From NCBI RefSeq assembly GCF_963921235.1, contig NC_086097.1:191148001-191212000 (forward strand): a stretch of 64,000 bases of DNA. Reading direction: 5' to 3'. Positions 26,710 to 38,496 of the stretch are shown here, piece after piece (the first letter of the stretch is position 1; each line of letters starts with the position of its first letter). The notes beneath the pieces are model-generated. The model worked only from the letters and a program-made list of their open reading frames with translations. It did not search any database and was not told the origin of the DNA. The translations under genes were made by a program, and so were the position numbers. Origin of the DNA: Mobula hypostoma. Its lineage: Eukaryota.

Positions 26710-28365
26710 ATTAGATTATGAGGATGCGCAATCCTCTTTTATTGTCATTTAGTAATGCATGCATTATTCCTCCGGTGTGATATCACGGAAACACAGGACA
26801 GACCAAGACTGAAAAACTAACAAAAACCACATAATTATAACATATAGTTACAACAGTGCAACAATACCATAACTTGATGAAGAACAGGGCATGGTCACAG
26901 TAAAAAAGTTCAAAATCTCTTGAAAGTCCCACATCTCACGCAGACGGGAGAAGGAAGAAAACTCTCCCTGCCATGCCCGACCACAGTCCGACGCTGAGTC
27001 ATCCGAAAACTTCGAGCCTCCGATCAGCTGTCCGACACCGAGTACTGAGCACCATCTTTGCCGAACGCTTCGACCCCAGCCTTGGTTGCCAGCAGCAGGC
27101 AAATCCGGGGATTTTGGGGCCTTCCCTCCGGAGATTCTTGATCGCACAGTAGCAGCGGCAGCGAACCGGGCATTTCAGAAGTTTTCTCCAAATGTTACAT
27201 AGAACATAGAACATAGAGCATAGAATAGTACAGCACAGTACAGGCCCTTCGGCCCACAATGTTGTGCCGACCCTCAAACCCTGCCTCCCATATAAGCTCC
27301 CACCCTAAATTCCTCCATATACCTGTCCAGTAGTCTCTTAAACTTCACTAGTGTATCTGCCTCCACCACTGACTCAGGCAGTACATTCCACGCACCAACC
27401 ACTCTCTGAGTAAAAAAACCTTCCTCTAATATCCCCCTTGAACTTCCCACCCCTTACCTTAAAGCCATGTCCTCTTGTATTGAGCAGTAGTGCCCTGGGG
27501 AAGAGGCGCTGGCTATCCACTCTATCTATTCCTCTTATTATCTTGTACACCTCTATCATGTCTCCTCTCATTCTCCTTCTCTCCGAAGAGTAAAGCCCTA
27601 GCTCCCTTAATCTCTGATCATAATGCATACTTTCTAAACCAGGAAGCATCCTGGTAAATCTCCTCTGTACCCTTTCCAATGCTTCCACATCCTTCCTATC
27701 GTGAGGCGACCAGAACTGGACACAGTACTCCAAGTGTGGCCTAACCAGAGTTTTATAGAGCTGCATCATTACATCGCGACTCTTAAACTCTATCCCTTGA
27801 CTTATGAAAGCTAACACCCCATAAGCTTTCTTAACTACCTTATCTACCTGTGAGGCAACTTTCAGGGATTTGTGGACATGAACCACCAGATCCCTCTGCG
27901 CCTCCACACTACCAAGTATCCTGCCATTTACTTTGTACTCTGCCTTGGAGTTTGTCCTTCCAAAGTTTACCACCTCACACTTCTCCGGGTTGAACTCCAT
28001 CTGCCACTTCTCAGCCCACTTCTGCATCCTATCAATGTCTCTCTGCAATCTTTGACAATCTTCTACACTATCTACAACACCACCAACCTTTGTGTCGTCT
28101 GCAAACTTGCTAACCCACCCTTCTACCCCCACATCCAGGTCGTTAATAAAAATCACGAAAAGTAGAGGTCTCAGAACAGATTCTTGTGGGACACCACTAG
28201 TCACAATCCTCCAATATGAATGTGCTCCCTCCACCACCACCCTCTGCCTTCTGCAGGCAAGCTCTGTTCCTCTGCTTCTCACATCTGTCTCCATCAAATC
28301 AGAATCGTGCACAGCCCCTACTTAACAAATAGGATATCATTTCACCGGAGAGCTGCACGCGCATG
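26710..28365 (-). mobile_element. Non-autonomous retroelement (family B, copy 2), split by a CR1
   Basis: 26710-27196 and 28264-28365 join into one family-B sequence across the CR1 insertion (TGTT at both junctions). Confidence 0.75.
27197..28263 (-). mobile_element. 5'-truncated CR1 LINE (second family)
   Basis: ORF 27374-28312: VTSGVPQESVL, SKFADDTK, LVRPHLEYCVQFWSP; (TTCTATG)n tail. Confidence 0.93.
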
Positions 28366-29487
28366 TTATTCATTAATTAATCACATAGTAAAAATCTATT
28401 CCAGGTCTAACATAACAACTCTGCTGGGCTGTTCATGTTTTACTTCTGATAAGAACAGGTGGATCGACATTGCATTGTATACATACATAGGTTGCTGACA
28501 TTCATTAGAACTTGGAAGAGGTACAAATCAAACATTTTGGAGAGAGTGACAGAGGAGAGAACAGAGGGCATGTCTGAGATGGAGAGAAGACCAAGGGAAA
28601 CTGAATTAAAGAATGGTGATTTCACCAAGTGAGAGAGGGCAATGGAGAATTATTCAACACTTGCTGAAGGAGAGGTAAATAGAACAAGCCAATTGGCAAT
28701 GGTGATGGGGAAGTGACAAAAGAATCAATACTAGAATTGTGGAATACCATACACTGAAGTTACTAAAAATTGATTTTAGTAATCTAATTCAATTCAATTT
28801 GACATAATCAAGCCAATGAAAAGTATTTATTTTTGCAGATTATGACATTCTCAGATGGATTTCTTCTCATTTTGGGTGCAAAATATCCTAGAGTACTGTT
28901 TGGAAGAAACGCAATGGAGTTCTCTTTGGTGTCATGGCAACGTGTTGCACATAACACACTTCTGAATAAAACGTAATCTCATCATTATCACACTGCTGCT
29001 TGGGGAATATTGTTTAATGCAAAGTGTGTGACATATTTCCTGTGTTAGATCAATTAACTTATTCATATGGGATACGGAAAGCAATTGACGAAATGTTATT
29101 ATTGAATATTGAGTTTGGTAATCAATTCAATCACATCAGCAGTGCTTGATGGATTACATCAATCCTTTTTTAAGTACTTACTGGGCAATATTGGTTACAT
29201 GATGTACAGAGTGTACTCCATCTCATTCACATTAAGCCAATTCTTTTATCTTCTAATTGTGCCACAAGTTGTTCAACTGCACAACCTTCTGCACAAGTTG
29301 AACCCAAGTAAGTTACTGACATCCTCAATCCAACACAAATACCTCTGCACGATTTCAGAAAATGTTGTAATTTCCCTGTTCGGCTGCTTACATTTATTGT
29401 CCTAGTGAAGTGGCCATTTTTTTGACAGACCATGTAATAATGCTCTCAACAAATATTAATGCCTTAATATTTAAATAAAAGTGAGAC

Positions 29488-30595
29488 TATGGATGCTGGA
29501 AATCAGGATCAACATATGAAAACTGCTGAAAGAACTCAGCAGGTCAGGATGCATCTATGGAGAGAAAATTGCAGTCAATGTTTTGGGTCAATGCACTTTA
29601 TTAGGACTGTTTGGAAGAGCATACAAACCAAAATGAAAAGGTAGGAGAAGGGGGAGGAATAAGAGCTGGCAGGTGATATGCAAAGGCGGGAGGAGAAGAT
29701 GGTGGCGCGCCTGTGTGTGCGCACCCCTACAGTGAAAAATGATATTGTATCTGTTAAGTAGGGGCCGTGGACAATTCTGATTTGATGGAGAATGGACGTG
29801 AAAGCACAGAGGAACATCTGGAGAAATTTCTGAAATTCCCGTTTGCTGCTGTCGTTACTGTGTGGTCGGGAATCTTTCGGAGGATAGGCCTCCAAATCCC
29901 TGGCCTTGCCTGCTTTTGGCGATCGAGAAGGAGGTCGCATCGTCGGACAGAGTTGGCGCTCAGTACTCGGTGTCGGAGAGCTGATCAGAGCTCGAAGTTT
30001 TCGGATGACTCAGAGTCGAATTGTGGTCAGCATGGCAGGGAGAGTTTTTCTCCCTTCTCCCGTCTGCGTGAGATGTGGGACATTTGAGAAACTTTGAACT
30101 TTACCGTGCTCATGGACTTCTTCATCAAGTTATGGTATTGTTACTTTGTTTTTAACTATATGTTATAATTATGTGGTTTTGTCAGTTTTTTCAGTCTTGG
30201 TTTGTCCTGTGTTTTGTGATATCACACCGGAGGAAATAAAGTATCGTTTCTTAATGCATGCATTAATAAATGACAATAAAAGAGGACTGCGTGTCTTCAT
30301 AATCATAATAATAATATGTGAATCCAGTGAGTAGAGAAGGCAGGAAGGTGGTGATAGGTGAGAAGGGGTATAATGTGAGAAGTTGGGTAGTGAGTGATGT
30401 TTGGAAGAGATGAAGGGCTGAAGAAGAAGGGATCCGATAGGAGGGGACAGTAGATCATGGAATAAAGAGAAGGATATGGGAACGAGAGAGTGGAAGGTGA
30501 AGGTGACGGGCAGTTCATGAGCTGGGGAAAGGGAAAGAGAAGAAATAATGGGGCTTCAGGGATAAGGGAAAACAAAGGGGCAGAGAAGAAACAGA
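29488..30595 (-). mobile_element. Old Penelope pLTR/3' UTR fragment split by family B copy 3
   Basis: GATGCTGGAAAT...GAACTCAGCAGGTCAGG head and a purine-rich UTR that continues after 30310. Confidence 0.65.
29685..30310 (+). mobile_element. Non-autonomous ~630-bp retroelement (family B, copy 3, apparently complete)
   Basis: 5' GGCGGGAGGAGAAGATGGTGGCGCG, 3' AATAAAAGAGGACTGCGTGTCTTCATAATC(ATA)n; ATATG at both junctions. Confidence 0.78.
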
Positions 30596-31861
30596 GTCAA
30601 GTGGGAACTGTTAGAGTGATTTTGGGGGTTAGCACATGTAGCAAGTAACTTCAACTAGCCTTCAGATTCAAATGTGAATTATGGATTAAATCTAAAATGC
30701 AACTTTGAACAATGGGTTCCTAAGAACCATGAGCCAAGTTAATTGAAGGAACAGACATTCTGATTTAAGTTTGTTTTATATCTCTATCTCTATCTCTCTC
30801 TCTCGCTCTCTCTCTTCTCCCTCCCCCGCCCCAAAAGCTGTCAGCTTACTTGTGATATTTTGTTGAATAAAGAGACTGCTTCATATCTACCTGTGAACTG
30901 TGAGCAAATTAGAAGTTACCTTCATATCTATAGGTGGAACTTTGAACTGGAGAATTCATTGGAAAGCTCAGAGACTGTTTCAATTGTTCTCATCTGGGAT
31001 TCAGAGTAGGGTAACCATTTCTGAGAGTAAAGTGGGTTGGCTTTGAATAGGTAACACAATTGGTGAATAAGCAAATGCAAGAAAACTGTTGTAATGGACT
31101 TTATTAAAAACAATCTTCGATGAGTGTGTACTGCCAAAATCATACAGTGTCTTCTGTAACCTGAAGCTCTGGATGAACGATTAGATCTACAATCTGCTGA
31201 GGGCCAGATGAGTGTCATTCGGGTCTGGCAACCAAATAAGATACAAGAGCTCCAGTACAATCTCCAGAAAGCCATCTCACAGGCAAAGTGGTAACTCCGG
31301 ACCAAACTTGATTTACTGAAGGATGCTCCACAGATGTGGCAGGGCTTGAATGCTGTTAGCACTTAGAAAGTGAAACCAAGTGGTATAAGTGACAACAAAG
31401 CTTCTCTCCCAGATGGGCTGTATGTATTCTATGCTCCCTTCATGATCTCCCACCGCCCCCAGTGATCCTAGGATTTCAATCTCTAAGACCGATCTGAGAA
31501 TATCCTTCAGAAGAGTGAACCCTCGGAAAGCATCCAGCACAAATGGGGACCTGACTGAGTACTAAAGACCTGTGCTGATCAGCAGGCTGGAGTATTCACT
31601 GATATCTTTAACCTCTTATTTCAGCATTCTGAGGTACCCACCTGCTTCAAGCAAGCTTCAGTTATACTGGGACCTAAGAAGTTGGTAGCCTGCCCCAATG
31701 ACTATTGTCCAGTAGCATTTACATTCACTGTAATGAAGTACTTTGTGAAGGAGTGATGAAACACATCAATTCCTGTCTAAGAAGTAATGTGGGTCTGCTC
31801 CAATTTGCCTACCAGCACAACAGGTTTAAAGTTCAAAGTAAATTTATTATTAAAATACCTA

Positions 31862-32175
31862 CAAGCAAGAGAAAATCTGCAGATGTTGGAAATCCAAGCA
31901 GCATATACAAAATGCTGGAGGAACTCTGCAGGACAGGCAGCATCTATGGAAAAGACTACAATTGACATTTTAGGCCAAGACCCTTCAGCAGGACTAGAGA
32001 AAAAAAAATCAGGAGTAGATTTTAAAGATGGTGGGAGGGGAGAGGGATACACTCGTTGACAGGTGAAACCTGAAGGGGGAGGGATGAAGTAGAGCTGGGA
32101 AGTTGATTGGTGAAAGAGACAGATGGGCATGAAAGAAAGAAAAGGGGGAAGAAGCTCCAGAGCACCAGAAAATAC
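31862..32175 (-). mobile_element. Penelope pLTR fragment with decayed hammerhead
   Basis: AAGAGAAAATCTGCAGATG head; TTTTAGGCCAAGACCCTTCAGCAGGACT. Confidence 0.75.
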
Positions 32176-32620
32176 CTATACGTTACTATATGCAACCTTT
32201 ATATTAATTTTCTTGTGGGCATACTTAATAAATCCAATAACCATAATAGAATCAATGAAACACCACACCAACAGAGCGAATAACCAGTGTACAAAAGACA
32301 ACAAACCATGAAAATACAAAAAGAAAATAACTAGATATATAAATAAATAAGCAATAAATACCGAGGGCATTAGACAGAAAGTTAATGAAGGTGAATCCAT
32401 AGATTGTGGAAACAGTTCAGTGATGGAACAAGTGAAGCTGAGTGAAATTATCCCTCTGGTTCAAGAGCCTGATGATTAAGGGGTAAGAAATGTTCCTGAA
32501 CCCAGGGGTGCACGTCCTAGGGTTCCTGTACCTTCTTCCTAATTTCAGCAGCAAGAACAGAGCATGATGGTGGGGTGTCCTTGATGATGAATCCTGCTTT
32601 CCTGAAGCAGCGTCACATGT

Positions 32621-34690
32621 AAAAGAATAAATCAAGGAAGGTAGTGCACCCGTGGCTGACAAGAGAAATTAGGGATAGTATCAATTCCAAAGAAGTAGCA
32701 TACAAATTAGCCAGAGAAAGTGGCTCACCTGAGGACTGGGAGAAATTCAGAGTTCAGCAGAGGAGGACAAAGGGCTTAATTAGGAAGGGGAAAAAAGATT
32801 ATGAGAGAAAACTGGCAGAGAACATAAAAACGGACTGTAAAAGCTTTTATAGATATGTAAAAAGGAAAAGACTGATAAAGACAAATGTAGGTCCCCTGCA
32901 AACAGAAACAGGTGAATTGATTATGGGGAGCAAGGACATGGCAGACCAATTGAATAATTACTTTGGTTCTGTCTTCACTAAGGAGGACATAAATAATCTT
33001 CCAGAAATAGTAAGGGACAGAGGGTCCAGTGAGATGGAGGAACTGAGCGAAATACATGTTAGTAGGGAAGTGGTGTTAGGTAAATTGAAGGGATTGAAGG
33101 CAGATAAATCCCCAGGGCCAGATGGTCTGCATCCCAGAGTGCTTAAGGAAGTGGCCCAAGAAATAGTGGATGCATTAGTGATAATTTTTCAAAACTCGTT
33201 AGATTCTGGACTAGTTCCTGAGGATTGGAGGGTGGCTAATGTAACCCCACTTTTTAAAAAAGGAGGGAGAGAGAAACCGGGGAATTATAGGCCGGTTAGC
33301 CTAACGTCGGTGGTGGGGAAACTGCTGGAGTCAGTTATCAAGGATGTGATAACAGCACATTTGGAAAGCGGTGAAATGATCGGACAAAGTCAGCATGGAT
33401 TTGTGAAAGGAAAATCATGTCTGACGAATCTCATAGAATTTTTTGAGGATGTAACTAGTAGAGTGGATAGGGGAGAACCAGTGGATGTGGTATATTTGGA
33501 TTTTCAAAAGGCTTTTGACAAGGTCCCACATAGGAGATTAGTGTGCAAACTTAAAGCACACGGTACTGGGGGTAAGGTATTGGTGTGGGTGGAGAATTGG
33601 TTAGCAGACAGGAAGCAAAGAGTGGGAATAAACGGGACCTTTTCAGAATGGCAGGCGGTGACTAGTGGGGTACCGCAAGGCTCAGTGCTGGGACCCCAGT
33701 TGTTTACAATATATATTAATGACTTGGATGAGGGAATTAAATGCAGCATCTCCAAGTTTGCGGATGACACGAAGCTGGGTGGCAGTGTTAGCAGTGAGGA
33801 GGATGCTAAGAGGATGCAGGGTGACTTGGATAGGTTGGGTGAGTGGGCAAACTCATGGCAGATGCAATTTAATGTGGATAAATGTGAAGTTATCCACTTT
33901 GGTGGCAAAAATAGGAAAACAGATTATTATCTGAATGGTGGCCGATTAGGAAAAGGGGAGGTGCAACGAGACCTGGGTGTCATTATACACCAGTCATTGA
34001 AAGTGGGCATGCAGGTACAGCAGGCGGTGAAAAAGGCGAACGGTATGCTGGCATTTATAGCGAGAGGATTCGAGTACAGGAGCAGGGAGGTACTACTGCA
34101 GTTGTACAAGGCCTTGGTGAGACCACACCTGGAGTATTGTGTGCAGTTTTGGTCCCCTAATCTGAGGAAAGACATCTTTGCCATAGAGGGAGTACAAAGA
34201 AGGTTCACCAGATTGATTCCTGGGATGGCAGGTCTTTCATATGAAGAAAGACTGGATGAACTGGGCTTGTACTCGTTGGAATTTAGAAGATTGAGGGGGG
34301 ATCTGATTGAAACGTATAAGATCCTAAAGGGATTGGACAGGCTAGATGCAGGAAGATTGTTCCCGATGTTGGGGAGGTCTAGAACGAGGGGTCACAGTTT
34401 GAGGATAGAGGGGAAGCCTTTTAGGACCGAGGTTAGGAAAAACTTCTTCACACAGAGAGTGGTGAATCTGTGGAATTCTCTGCCACAGCAAACTGTTGAG
34501 GCCAGTTCATTAGCTATGTTTAAAAGGAAGTTAGATATGGCCCTTGTGGCTACAGGGGTCAGGGGGTATGGAGGGAAGGCTGGGTTCTGAGTTGGATGAT
34601 CAGCCATGATCATAATAAATGGCGGTGCAGGCTCGAAGGGCCGAATGGCCTACTCCTGCACCTATTTTCTATGTTTCTATGTTTCTATGT
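32621..34690 (+). mobile_element. Young 5'-truncated CR1 LINE, copy 1
   Basis: Uninterrupted RT frame and (TTTCTATG)n tail; inserted at an ATGT microhomology within a Rex1 remnant. Confidence 0.96.
32644..34590 (+). CDS. CR1 ORF2 reverse transcriptase region (648 aa; N-terminal endonuclease missing)
   Basis: KSPGPDG, NYRPVSLTS, QHGF, YLDFQKAFDKV, GVPQGSVLGP, KFADD motifs. A transposon ORF with no true start codon. Confidence 0.9.
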   Translation: MHPWLTREIRDSINSKEVAYKLARESGSPEDWEKFRVQQRRTKGLIRKGKKDYERKLAENIKTDCKSFYRYVKRKRLIKTNVGPLQTETGELIMGSKDMADQLNNYFGSVFTKEDINNLPEIVRDRGSSEMEELSEIHVSREVVLGKLKGLKADKSPGPDGLHPRVLKEVAQEIVDALVIIFQNSLDSGLVPEDWRVANVTPLFKKGGREKPGNYRPVSLTSVVGKLLESVIKDVITAHLESGEMIGQSQHGFVKGKSCLTNLIEFFEDVTSRVDRGEPVDVVYLDFQKAFDKVPHRRLVCKLKAHGTGGKVLVWVENWLADRKQRVGINGTFSEWQAVTSGVPQGSVLGPQLFTIYINDLDEGIKCSISKFADDTKLGGSVSSEEDAKRMQGDLDRLGEWANSWQMQFNVDKCEVIHFGGKNRKTDYYLNGGRLGKGEVQRDLGVIIHQSLKVGMQVQQAVKKANGMLAFIARGFEYRSREVLLQLYKALVRPHLEYCVQFWSPNLRKDIFAIEGVQRRFTRLIPGMAGLSYEERLDELGLYSLEFRRLRGDLIETYKILKGLDRLDAGRLFPMLGRSRTRGHSLRIEGKPFRTEVRKNFFTQRVVNLWNSLPQQTVEASSLAMFKRKLDMALVATGVRGYGGKAGF

Positions 34691-37114
34691 AGATGTGCTT
34701 ATTGGTGGAGAGGGCTTTATCTGAGATGGACTGAGCCGTATAAATTGCATTTTTGTAGGATTTTCCATTCAAGGGCATCGATGCTTCCATATCAGGCCTT
34801 GATTATTTTGATATTATCATTTCAGGGGATCTGTTCTGGGCCCAGCATGTAAGTACAAAGAAAGCACAGCAGTGCCTCTACTTTCTTGGAAGTTTGGGAA
34901 GATTCGGCATGACATATAGAACTTTCATAGATGTGTGGTGTAGAGTTTTGCCAGCTTGCATCATGGCCTGGTGTGGAAACATCTCGATATTTATTGATTA
35001 TTATTTGTTTTTTTTCTCCTGTATTGCAAAGTTTGTTGTCTTTTGCACATTGGTTGTCTGTCCTGTTGGAGGTGGTCTTTCACTGATTCTGCTATGTTTC
35101 CTGAATTTGCTCAACATGCCTGCAAGAAAATGAATGTCAGGATAATTTGACAATAAATTTACTTTGAACTTTGAACTTATGTCTATTATATTTTGAATAT
35201 ATATGCACACAGCTTTTTTAATGGATTGTTTTACTATACTAAAGCCTTCAATTGTTCAGATGAAGTGATGCATTGAGATGTGAGCATGATGTTGTTAATG
35301 CTCCTGAGTTTAAACAAATGGAGTAAGAGACTCTGCAAAAGGGAAAAGTAATTTGGAATCCATCTAGATCTATTCCTCTGGTGAAACACAAAGAAATAAA
35401 GATTCTTAGGAGCAATTTGCTTTATTATCCAAAGATATAACTTATTTTCAATCATAGTTCTGGATGCACTTAAAGGAAAAATATCATACATTGCTTTAAT
35501 GGTCCTCAGATTAGCTTTTAAGAAGTGAATTACTGTTTTTTTTATATTCATGTTTTTGTCTTTGTGTGTTAATCAATATCCACCTTTGAATAATGTGCAA
35601 AAATTTTGGAATGAGCTCTTTGATTTCCTTTGCCAATTCAGTTTTTCTCCTTTGCTGTGTGGCAACAGATATCTATTCTTGCTTATTATCCCCCAAGGGA
35701 TTCTTTCCCTGTCACCAGTACACTTTGATGTTGATTTATGACTCTTGTACACATCTGTCATAGTTGCAACTCTCAGCTGTATTTTTCTTCATTCAATTAT
35801 GCCTATTTCAATATTCAGACTTTTTGGGTCAGCCTGTTCTCTATTGTGAACCCTGTTGAATTTGGTTGTGACCTATATACAGATGGCTATAAAGTAATTT
35901 CTTTCTTACACCCAATGCAGAACTTAACTTATATAATGCGAATGGTAGAAATAATGGGTTTCTGCACTTGCAGGGACAATCTTGTTTTACTGCACACCTG
36001 ACAATTTGGTTTAACTGGTTACTGCGTGATTCATATTTCAGATGCTTGAATCAGTACATGAGGGTCAATTTTCCATGGTGGATGGTTGCACATTTGAAGC
36101 TGGAAGTGCTCTTGAAAACATCTATTATCTGTTTAGCATTGAAATGAACTCTTCTTCAATCAGAATCTTTAAAAAGTTATGCTTTTAATGTCTGGAAACT
36201 TCATGTAAGTAGGAGTTTATTTACAAGCATAAATACCAGCATTATCTTACCATTACAATTCTTTGGAAAGGGTAACATTCCCCAGAGGATAGTCAGTAAA
36301 GTGAGACCGATCTTATGAAGAAGCTAAAGCAATCATCAGAAGGTGTAATCCTTCACTGATCCCTTTATATTAGATTCTATTGGTGATTCACCACTTCTCC
36401 ATCTTGGGCTTAGTAACTTCATCCAACCATTTTTCACTGTAGTGATTGGGACCAAACAGACCTCAAGAGTCTTGTTAGAGACTTTATTCTTTGGGAGCCT
36501 CATTCCTTCTTCTTTAACACACAACCATGGATTCTGTTTGTTAAATAGCAATAATACTGATCTAATAACATTCCCTAATGATTATCTTTCTACCCCAGAT
36601 GATTTAGTGTGTACAGAACTTAATGAATTAACAGCCTTGAAGAGCACAAAAAGTAGCTTAGAAATGTATACATGCAATCCTATTTTGCCAGATAATACAG
36701 AATCAATTATTTTGGGAGCAAAGTGTAATCGCATTGTTTTCTTGTTATATTTTACTCTGCAGAAAAGGAACCTTGAATTTTAGATGATGCAGTGTTTCGT
36801 GAGTAGAATGGTGTAATTTCTGTTACAAGAAGAAAATCTGGTGTGCTGCCATTGGATAGTTCAGAACAGCTGCATTTTCCCCACCATATCGCCACTGTGA
36901 CTTCCAGTCAAGATAGTGCCTGTGTGCAAGTCTCCTTCGGTCAACATCTTCTGGATGGAACTTGAGACCATATATTTCACTTCTTTTATGTTTTACTTTT
37001 TTTTGACTTCAATGTGATTATGAAACTGTTGGAGCCTGTGAGTTGCAGTTTGGAGATGGTTTTGGTGTGTTAGCATTCTGCAACTCTGAGAGGGTTCTAA
37101 AAGACAGAGAATCT

Positions 37115-37935
37115 CACGGCAAGAAGGCTGCGAGCCGATATTTGACTCCATTTCACCAACTAAAGCTTCCATTGTTTGCCAATTGAAGTGAGGGAGATTG
37201 AAACATCGAGGCAAATGCGAAAGGTGAGTGCTGGCTGCCTGCCTTTTTATTGCTCGGATTTGCTTTGTTGTCAGAGAGGGGAGACTGCCTCACCAGCGAT
37301 CAAACGGCAATCTCCCCTTTCAGTAGCAGAGCAATCCCCTAGAAATAAAAAGGCAGTCTCCCCTCTCTGGCAGCAGAGTGATCTCACCAGTGATAAAAAG
37401 CCATTCTCCTCTCTCTCTGGCAGCAGAGCGATCTCACCAGTGATAAAAAGCCACTGTGCTGCTGGAGAGGGGAGATTGGCTTTTTATCACGGGTGAGATC
37501 GCTCTGCAAAGGAGAGGTGAGGCTGTCATTTGATCACTGGTGAGCTTGCTCTGCAATGGAGTGGGGAGACTGCCTTTTGATTGCTAGTGAGATTGTTCAC
37601 TGCCAGAAAGGGAAAGGCCTGCCACTGTGCCCGGAGATTGGTGCCCAGGTTTTCAGCATTTTGGATGTAGACTTGGACTATAGACTTTTTTCAGTCTTAT
37701 AGTTTTTTTATATTCTGTGTTCTTTGCCTGATCCTTCTCATTGTCTTGTGTGCGGGGAAGGAGGTTTGAGGGTTGATGTGTCTGTGCCATTTTTGTTCTT
37801 TTTTTTTGAACAGGGCGGAGGGATTTGGGAGGGGAGTGGTTGATGATCGTGCTGCCGCTCTTTTTCCTCTTGGTTTTGTGGTTTTCTGGAGAAGAAGAAT
37901 TTCAGAAGAATTGAAAATAAGTGAACCTTTGAACC
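37115..37935 (+). mobile_element. Probable non-autonomous retroelement with internal direct and inverted ~48-bp repeats
   Basis: T-rich 3' region with AAAATAAGTGAACCTTTGAACC tail; repeat array at 37280-37620. The 5' boundary is uncertain. Confidence 0.5.
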
Positions 37936-38496
37936 CCTTATCAGTTGAATTGCTGACAATACTCAAACAAACCAGTCTGTGATGAACGAAAAGTCTTTTA
38001 GTAGTTCTGAATACTTTTAGCACTTACTATTTTTATTTCCAGACACAAGAGACCCTGCAGATGCTGGAAATCTTGAGCAAAACACACAAAATGCTGGACG
38101 GATTCAGCAAGTCAAGCAACATCTGTGGATGGAAATAAGCAGTCCACATTTCAGGCTGAGACTCTTCATCAGAACTGGAAAAGGGGGAAGAAGGTAGGGG
38201 GAGGGGGAGTTCACGCTGGCAGGTGATAGGTGAGACCAAATGGAAGGGTAAGGGACTGGGGGAGGGGGGTGAAATAGGCAGCTAGGAAGTGATAGGTGGA
38301 AGAAGTAACAGAGCTGAAGAAGAAGGACTCTATAACAGGAAAGAACAGTGGACAATGGAACAAAGGAAAGAGGGAGTGGAGCCAGAGGGAGGTGAGAAGA
38401 AAGGAAGTGTTGAGAGGTTAATCAGAATGGGGAATGGAGAAAACAGAAGGGGGGAGGTGGGAAGTAATTACCAGAAGTTAGAAACCAATGTTCATG

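Larger units (their letters stand above)
31180..35177. mobile_element. Nested Rex1/Babar remnants: plus-strand copy (~31180-31822 and ~34810-35177) containing a minus-strand 3' fragment (~31825-34800)
   Basis: LKTCADQQAGVFTDIFN- and LQFAY-type text on +; TTTGAAC-type tails at both 31825 (minus) and 35160 (plus). Confidence 0.7.

Noticed and set aside
32644..34590. 648-aa ORF (and its 643-aa twin) as a host or domesticated gene
   Set aside because: It is a 5'-truncated CR1 ORF2 with a tail repeat and no genuine start. Intactness is explained by youth.
36336..36783. 71-aa and 113-aa ORFs in unique sequence
   Set aside because: No recognisable motifs or convincing splice context; the lengths are compatible with chance.
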